Shown here one piece after another: positions 57,801 to 64,000 of a stretch of 64,000 nucleotides of DNA; the first letter of the stretch is position 1, and each line of letters begins with the position of its first letter. The DNA comes from Blastocladiella emersonii ATCC 22665 (Eukaryota > Fungi > Blastocladiomycota). The DNA is taken from contig JANHCV010000010.1 in assembly GCA_025594325.1 (NCBI GenBank), positions 1,240,001-1,304,000 on the forward strand, in the 5' to 3' direction. The translations under genes were made by a program, and so were the position numbers. The notes under the pieces are model-generated. The model did not search any database. It had not been told where the DNA came from and worked only from the letters and a program-made list of their open reading frames with translations.

Positions 57801-58659
57801 CGATGCGCGTGGCCTCGTCGTCCTCGGCGCGCGTCATGCGGCCGAACCGGCCCGAGCACGCCTCGATGGTCGCGTTCTCGGCCCAGTCGCGCGACGCGAC
57901 CACCATGGCGTGGTGCGCGGGCGGCGCCGACGACGCGACCGACCGCGCGGGCGAGTCGAGCGGCTGCGCCTTGTCGGGCGTCGTCGATGGCGCCGAGTCG
58001 GTGGGCGACGCCGCGAACCGGCGCGACTCGACCAGGTCGAACCCCGCGTCCGGCGCGTACATGAGCACGTACCGCCGCATGTGCTCGCAGAAGTGCCGCA
58101 CGTGCGGCAGCGGGAGCACGGCCTCGAGCCACTGGCGGAGCCACGGGATCGCGCTACACACGGGCACGGGTCGGGGATCGTGAGCAACTCGGGACGTGCG
58201 GCACACACCGGCCACGGCAACGTACGCAATGATCGAGTGCATCGCAGTCCCCTGCGAGATCGTGTTGGCGGCGTAGCACCGCAGGATCTCGGCGACGCGG
58301 CGACCCGGAACAGCCAAGCTCCACGGCCGCTTCGCGATGCGGTAGGGGATCTCCTGCAGGCTCGCGTAGTCGGGCGCCGTCGAGTCGCGCGCCATGACCT
58401 TGCTGAGCTCGAGCTTGTGGGTGCGGAACGGCAGGTGCACGTTGTCGAGCAGGATGTGCGTGCACACGTCGTCGTACGCCGCCAGCGCCTGCAGCGACTC
58501 GACCGACGGCGTGTCCTTGACGAGCGCCGGCGTCAGCGCCGCCAGCGCGTCGGTGCCCGAGGCAACGCACGCTTCCCAGTGCGCGCGGAACGGGCGCCGC
58601 GCGATGGCGGCGGCGTCCGGGGTCGCGGCAGCGGCGGCAGCGGTGGAAGAGGACGCCAT
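54835..58659 (-). CDS. SET9: Set9/KMT5-like paralog B (in-frame 72-nt intron 58154..58225)
   Basis: YDDVCTHILLDNVHLPFRTHKL, GPIRFANHDCNPN, EILVSYG, CMCATCE, CHKCIRHDQLYGTDWP, AWWPAITVP. Confidence 0.85.
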   Translation of the reverse strand: MASSSTAAAAAATPDAAAIARRPFRAHWEACVASGTDALAALTPALVKDTPSVESLQALAAYDDVCTHILLDNVHLPFRTHKLELSKVMARDSTAPDYASLQEIPYRIAKRPWSLAVPGRRVAEILRCYAANTISQGTAMHSIIAYVAVAGVCRTSRVAHDPRPVPVCSAIPWLRQWLEAVLPLPHVRHFCEHMRRYVLMYAPDAGFDLVESRRFAASPTDSAPSTTPDKAQPLDSPARSVASSAPPAHHAMVVASRDWAENATIEACSGRFGRMTRAEDDEATRIGREFSIFEVNKSLSKLLAGPIRFANHDCNPNVRFDVSAGTRARLVVIRPIAKGDEILVSYGNSFFGFNNADCMCATCEQRAVNGFAPRIPLDHVASADDGDAGSALAMELDDRSSSGSGSGGATTRTRSQRGGPSSRSRAPPSSSAAALPDPAASSRTRSAGSGSAGAKSKSIPPPVLQSFRARVALAQREVSHTPPPSPPMVPCARCACSTYTFEVTPASIVICHKCIRHDQLYGTDWPVRVKPAAASASASANANASARNRRPMWEVEAPGGKWIPDGYLLHEVHWRLTYNGAPAAANGSGAGDADADDGAAAAGAEGRDEGDDGIITTIEVVQTRAPAPAPAPVDTRPARLSGQEIARLTRELAKLREMEVQFKDADLIGVPRVVEPAPDSFQHPDHPLPAAVPVPHFNQRHFVLAWFDKAWWPAITVPLCDYVDEKFELEWGYYQVMFLGYEKTFAAPHFREIRRVTDILYGGVSIYAAPPPPQPQPPSLPTASSSSSLASSSSSSTTMAAGARPASPASSSKADDPTLTAIVLVSGDLHYRFALKNVWERLLAIARDTTGRKLRKMTWAGWANEFQLLKGAQAAPNLPPDLVYQPVVNIDITRLAHLKPLTPAPPTPPTGAGAGAGSKQQLVSDGAAAAAAAAAKAKVAAPARREAPAAPVPARRDASAPSPASAAAPVPAPARARPAAAPSTVSPAALMLRDAPARSDPPARPAAPARPAAAASAASARSDPSRSAAPVFARHGATQQQQKPQRSPQREQAQSERSARPREREPVRLPRQPAAATTTATATATRTVILLDDSSSSSSSPSESGGGGGSGRSSSADTSAPRARRSAVPVDLVSSGSGSSSSSSSVNSQSNSAVSSPLAAVMAAASAYRARQDGAQQQQQQQQRTSSSSSPASSSSSKASKRPASQADTATANGESQSPPAKKRKVKKSLQSQSVAARPAAPARSRSESDAGENAPALSPGHDWPPRLPPRVRS

Positions 58660-59224
58660 AGGGCGGGGCGGGGCGGGGCTCGAACTCGGACTGCGACGTC
58701 GGCGGCAAGGGCGACGGTGCGAGTTCCCCCGATGCCAGGCAGGCAGGAGCTTGATCCGTTGCACAGAGTCAGGGACGGGTGGGAGACGATGACGCCGGAG
58801 GGCAGGGCGCGTCGCCCGGGATCAGGCGCGGCAGCAGCGAGGGGGGCAGGGCGAATGTTCGAGACACGAAGTGAGAGAGGGAGCGGCTCGAGGAGTCAGA
58901 CCGACCCGACCCGACCAACCAGCGAGCGAGTTGAGACGCGAGCGACGGCGGCCGGCGATGCCATGGGCTTCGGAATGGCACTGCTCCTTGAGGCAGCACC
59001 TTCAGACGGCCGGGCCGCACCCTAACGATATGGGCAGCGCGCGCTGAGCCGCACCGTCGCGATCTCGTGAGTGATCGGGCGATGATCGTGGACGCAGGGC
59101 GGGCGGGATGGGCACGGAATCCAATTCGGGGCGAGAGGGGAGTAGGAACAACGGCAAAAGGGACGAGGAGGGAGAGTCTACAAAAGGGAGAGGAGGAGGG
59201 GAGGGGAGAGGTGCAGGGCGGGGT

Positions 59225-60426
59225 CTACTTCTTGGAGCTCATCTTCTCCTCGAGCAGCTTGATCTCGGAGGTGAGCGCGGTAATGTAGCTGTGCTCGTGC
59301 TCGAGGTCCTTGTTGAGCTTGTCGCGCTCGGCAATGAGCTTCTGCTCCCACTGGCGGAACATGGCCTCCTTGGCCTTGACCTGCTCGGCGAAGCGGCGGC
59401 GGAGGTTGTCCTCCTCCTCCTTGAACTTGGCGTCCTTGCGGGTGACCGTGGAGACGAGGCGGCCGTTGGCGTCGAGGTGGGTGGACCGGAACGTCTCGTA
59501 GTGGTTCTCCTCGGTGGTGGTGACGAGGTCGAGCATGTGCTGGCGGATGAGCAGGTTGCGCAGCTTCTTGAAGTCGCAGTGGTCCTCGTTCTCCACCTCG
59601 CTGACGCCCCACAGGTACTGGCGGCCCTTGACGGTGCGGCCGTCGGGCGTGACCACGTCGTCCTCGGACCCGATCACCGAGTAGGGCATGGCGTCGACGA
59701 GCACCTGGTTGCGCTCGGTGGTGCCCTCCGTGTCCGACTCGACGGGCGGCAGGTACACGTTGATGTTGTGGTGGGCGATGGCGTCGCGCACGCGCCGCTT
59801 GAAGTTGGCCAGGTCCTTGGGCGTCAGCGTGTCGGCCTTGGCAATCACGGGGATCAGGTTGACGCGAGTGCCGAGCTTCTTCATGGTCTCAATGTCGAGC
59901 GGCCGCAGCGTCTGGCCCGACGGGTAGATGAAGTACAGGCACGCGTGCACGCGCCCGTCCAGCATGTCGACGCGCTCGGGCTGCATCTCCTGGCGCAGGT
60001 ACGACTCGTGCTGCCCGTCGATGAAGTCGATGATGGGCACCCACGCGTCGCGGTTGTTGACGTAGTCGCCGAACCCGGGCGTGTCGACCACGTTGAGCTG
60101 GGTGCGGAACCCCTTTTCCTCGAACTCTACATGAAGGGAATGAGGGTGAGTCAGCTCAGGGACAAGCACAAGAGCGTGAGAGCAAGCGCACCGACGCGGA
60201 TCACGTCAATCGACACGGTCTTGCGGTTGAGGGCGTCGCGGCGCTTGTTGGGGTCGCGGTAGTTTTTCACCGTGGTCGTCAGCAGCGTGTTGACGAAGGT
60301 CGACTTGCCCGTGCCGGCCTCGCCGACCACCATGACGGTGAAGGTCGCGCCCTTGCGGGACACGATCTTGTGCGTCTGGTTGGGCAGGTTGGCGATGCCG
60401 ATGGTGCTGGATGGGCTCTGCAGCAT
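59225..60426 (-). CDS. CDC12: Septin, Cdc12/AspC-like (intron 60127..60191)
   Basis: GIANLPNQ, GEAGTGKST, DTPGFGD, AKAD, WG motif, C-terminal coiled coil. Confidence 0.9.
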
Positions 60427-61257
60427 GGTCGGGCGGGCGGGCGGAATTCGGGCGGTGTGTGGCGTAGTCGTGGTCGATCCGTGCGGGGCGCGTGGGTGCG
60501 TGGATGCGAGAATTCGGTCGGCGGAGTGCAATGCGTGGAGTTGATAGCGTGTCGATGCGTTGCCGGATGTGTGTGCGGGCGACTGGGCAGCGACAAGGGA
60601 CACGACACGTGCGGCGAGCAAGGACGGGCGGCGACGAGTGGCGGCGGGGCAGGTCTCGAGTGGCGTCGGCCTTGCGCGCGTGGGTGGCGCGAGAAACGAG
60701 AGGGGGAGAAGCAAAAAAAGGCCACTCAGCCGACTTCACACCCGAGTCCTGCCACGCCCGTCACTCGGGGAGACCCGGAAGTGTGGCACAGGCCGGTGCG
60801 TCACGGCCGGGGGAAAATGAAGCACGCGACCGGCCGACTGGCAGGGCGCAACACCCCCGCACACTGATCATTCATGCAGCCCGCGCTCGCCCTCCCCGGC
60901 CTCCTCTCCTGCAAGGCCTGCCGACACCCACACCCAAACCTATAAGAGGCGTCCTCGCCCCCTTCTCCCTTCTGCACCTTCCCCGCCTCTGCTCTGTATC
61001 CAACGTGGAAGCCGTCGTTGCCGTCGCTGTTGTCGCTCGTCTACGCATCAACACCTGCATCAACCCACCCGCAACTGCTCGCTTGCAATGTGCGTGCGCG
61101 CCCTTACGGATCGAGCCGCCCGCGCGTGCTCGCCGCGCCCGCCAGTGTCGCGCCCGTGTCGCGCGTGCCTCCCGCTCCGCTATCCGCCGCGCTTGCCGTA
61201 ACGCGCGCGAGTGCTCGATCGGCCCGCCCGTTAGTCGCTCGGCGCTGGGCGACACGT

Positions 61258-61278
61258 CGTGTGTGTGTGTGTGTGTGT
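61258..61278 (+). repeat. (GT)n microsatellite
   Basis: About 10 GT units. Confidence 0.9.
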
Positions 61279-61508
61279 GGCGAGGCGCCCGTGTTGTGCC
61301 GTGCGGGGAACCGACCGGCCGTGCCACACACGCGGCGGGAGGCAGCGCGGGCGAGCGAACCCTATCCAAGCTCTACTCTACACTCTGCTCGCCGCTCGCC
61401 GCCGTGCTCGATCCTGCCTCCACTCGATCCGCCCGCCCGTCTAACTCTCTGCGCGACCCTCCCGCCGTAGACCCCACCCTCCCCTCTGTACCCTAAACCG
61501 TTGCAACC

Positions 61509-62837
61509 ATGACCCACCCCGTCATCCTCTCGGACGCGCGCAAGGCGTCCTTCGCCGCGGCCGCGTCGGCGACGCGCAACAACGAGCCGGCGCTGACCGA
61601 GGCCGACTTCGGCAAGGTAATCCGCGCCGCCGCGTCGGACGTGAAGCTGACGGACACCGACATTGCCGAGCTGTTCCGCGCGGCGGACGTGCGCAAGAAC
61701 GGGTCGCTGACGCTCGACGAGGTCGTCGCCTTCGAGACGGCGCTGATCCAGGCGGACGCGCTGCCGCAGCTCGCGTTCCGCATCACGGGCGAGCAGGTGG
61801 CCGAGGTGCACCTGTCCCCCGCCGTCAAGGCGCTCAAGTCGTCGTACGCGTTCGCGCTCGGGTCCGTGGCGGGCGCCGTCGGCGCCTTCTCCATCTACCC
61901 GATCGACCTGGTCAAGACGCGCATGCAGAACCAGCGGTCGGCCGTCCCCGGCGAGCTCCTGTACAAGAACTCGGTCCACTGCTTCAAAACCGTGTTCCGC
62001 ACCGAGGGCGTGCGCGGCCTCTACTCGGGCCTCGGCCCGCAGCTCATCGGCGTCGCCCCCGAGAAGGCCATCAAGCTGACCGTCAACGACCTCGTTCGGT
62101 CCATCCTGACCCCGGACCACGGCACGATCCCGCTGTGGGCCGAGATCCTCGCCGGGTGCTGCGCCGGTGGCTCGCAGGTCATCTTCACCAACCCGCTCGA
62201 GATCGTCAAGATCCGCCTGCAGGTCCAGGGCGAGGCCGGTGCGGGTGCGCCCCGCCAGGGCGCCGTGTCCATCATCCGGTCGCTCGGCCTCCGCGGCCTG
62301 TACCGCGGCGCCGGCGCGTGCCTGCTGCGCGACATCCCCTTCTCGGGCATCTACTTCTCGGCCTACGCGCACCTCAAGAAGGACTTTTTCGAGGAGTCGC
62401 CCAGCAAGCCGCTGACGCTGCCCGAGCTGCTCATGGCCGGCGCCATCGCCGGCATGCCTGCGGCGTACCTGACGACGCCCGCCGACGTGATCAAGACGCG
62501 CCTGCAGGTCGAGGCCAAGAAGGGCCAGACGACGTACAACGGGCTCACGGACGCGGCCGTCAAGATCTTCCGCGAGGAGGGGTTCAAGGCCTTCTTCAAG
62601 GGCGGGCCCGCGCGCATCTTCCGGTCGTCGCCGCAGTTCGGCGTCACGCTCATGACGTACGAGCTCCTGCAGAAGTCGGTGCCCTTCCCGTGGTCGACCG
62701 AGCCCATCCCGGCGTCGCAGGAGACCAAGGCCGCGCTCACGGGCAAGGTGCCCGACGAGGCCGCCATGGGCCGCGCCCGGTTGGCCGCCCTCATGCTGCA
62801 CGACATCCACACCAAGCTCGGTCTGCGCTCCAACTGA
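61509..62837 (+). CDS. AGC1: Mitochondrial aspartate/glutamate carrier (SLC25A12/13-like) with a short EF-hand N-terminus
   Basis: [52 protein letters not shown]; EF-like [12 protein letters not shown]. Confidence 0.93.
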   Translation: MTHPVILSDARKASFAAAASATRNNEPALTEADFGKVIRAAASDVKLTDTDIAELFRAADVRKNGSLTLDEVVAFETALIQADALPQLAFRITGEQVAEVHLSPAVKALKSSYAFALGSVAGAVGAFSIYPIDLVKTRMQNQRSAVPGELLYKNSVHCFKTVFRTEGVRGLYSGLGPQLIGVAPEKAIKLTVNDLVRSILTPDHGTIPLWAEILAGCCAGGSQVIFTNPLEIVKIRLQVQGEAGAGAPRQGAVSIIRSLGLRGLYRGAGACLLRDIPFSGIYFSAYAHLKKDFFEESPSKPLTLPELLMAGAIAGMPAAYLTTPADVIKTRLQVEAKKGQTTYNGLTDAAVKIFREEGFKAFFKGGPARIFRSSPQFGVTLMTYELLQKSVPFPWSTEPIPASQETKAALTGKVPDEAAMGRARLAALMLHDIHTKLGLRSN

Positions 62838-63226
62838 GCTTCGTGTCGTGTCTCCCTCTCGTAGCTATACCTCGCCCCCCTGTACAAACCGCTAATAACT
62901 CTCTATTCTCCACTCCAATGCGAACGAACTCCCGAACGACGAAATACAACGAAACATGCAACATCGATCACCTCTCTGCCGCGAATCATCAGATACGTGA
63001 GGACTGCGTGGGCCCCGGAAGAACTGCAGCAGTCGCGGCGTCACGCGTCGCCGGTCGCGCTGCGCCGTACACGCGCCGCGCCGTGCTTGTTCGCCTCCGC
63101 CGCCCCGTTGCGTTATCGCGCCCCATCATGGCGTTGTGGCGCCCTCGCCCGCGTACAAAAGGCTCCCATTGTCGTCCTCCACGCGCGCTCTCTCTCCCGC
63201 AAGACGCTTCCCTCGCACTCATTGCA

Positions 63227-64000
63227 ATGACGACCGCCGAGACCCTCCCCGCGCAGGCCGCCGTGCCCAACGGCAACGCCGGGCCCAACATCAACCGCGG
63301 CTACACCGGTAGGCGAGATGGATGCAGATGCAGATGCAGTGCGATGGATGCTGACAGCGCCGAGTGTAGACGACGACGACCCGAACCTCCTGCACCGGCA
63401 GCTCCTCGTCGCCGTGGCCGCCGAGCACCACAAGATCCACGGCGCGTCGGTCCTGACGTACGTTTCCTGGGTTCACGCCCAACGTCGCGCACTCTCACGC
63501 CCGCTCCCCCCGCTACACGTAGCGCGCTGCAGCAGGCCAAGCTGCCGCTCGTCCACTTCGTCATGTACCTGGCGACGCTGGCGCACATCTACGCGCCGCT
63601 CGAGCAGGCCCTGGCCAAGGCCGCCGCCGACCACCCGGACGTGCTGGGCCAGATCCACTTCCCGCGCGAGCTCAACCGGCTGCCGGCGCTGCGCACGGAC
63701 CTCGCGTACTTTGTCGGCGACGCCAACGTCGACGCGTGGATCGCCCTCGTCGCCACGCCCGCGACGGCCGAGTGGCGCGACCGCATGCTGTCGCTCGCTG
63801 GTGCTGCTGAGGTGAAGGACGGCGACCAGTGCGCGGCACACGCGGCCGAGGAGCACCACGGCGCGCACCGGCTCATGGCGCACTCGTACACGCGGTACCT
63901 CGGCGACCTGTCGGGCGGCCAGATCCTGCAGTCGCGCATCGCCAAGCTGTACCAGCTGCCCAAGGTCGACACCACGGACGGGTCGGACGTGTACCACGGG
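63227..64000 (+). CDS. HMX1: Heme oxygenase (3' end beyond the window; two introns)
   Basis: LMAHSYTRYLGDLSGGQIL signature, HFPRELNRLPAL, N-terminal EH putative proximal His. Confidence 0.92.
   Translation, partial: MTTAETLPAQAAVPNGNAGPNINRGYTGRRDGCRCRCSAMDADSAECRRRRPEPPAPAAPRRRGRRAPQDPRRVGPDVRFLGSRPTSRTLTPAPPATRSALQQAKLPLVHFVMYLATLAHIYAPLEQALAKAAADHPDVLGQIHFPRELNRLPALRTDLAYFVGDANVDAWIALVATPATAEWRDRMLSLAGAAEVKDGDQCAAHAAEEHHGAHRLMAHSYTRYLGDLSGGQILQSRIAKLYQLPKVDTTDGSDVYHG

Overview
GC-rich eukaryotic (fungal) DNA, most likely an early-diverging zoosporic fungus of the Allomyces/Blastocladiomycota type. This is inferred from short ~60-75 nt introns with GTACGC/GTGCGC/GTCCGT donors and GCTGAC/GCTAAC branch sites, plus fungal-type septin, LCB1 and Set9. 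The core genes are RPL25, MOB1, an ATOS/FAM214 homolog, TLG1/syntaxin-6, LCB1, a WD40 protein, two tandem SET9/KMT5 paralogs, a CDC12-like septin, AGC1, heme oxygenase, a CAP protein, an orphan 7TM receptor, a VOC-fold protein and tRNA-Trp(CCA). Two lower-GC, intronless accessory tracts interrupt them. The first (2.5-21 kb) is a birth-and-death array of F-box-like/ankyrin-like/LRR genes with one intact copy and several pseudogenes. One pseudogene is split by a 1043-bp TG...CA solo-LTR-like insertion with a GCGG target-site duplication. Another is split by a ~3.7-kb composite insertion carrying a decayed DNA polymerase alpha C-terminal fragment and a nested 1.87-kb TIR element with spliced cargo. 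The second tract is a decaying MATH/BTB island directly downstream of the tRNA. No CRISPR, rRNA or autonomous transposase was seen. Most long ORFs in the track are antisense artefacts of high GC. All calls come from manual reading; no database searches were run.
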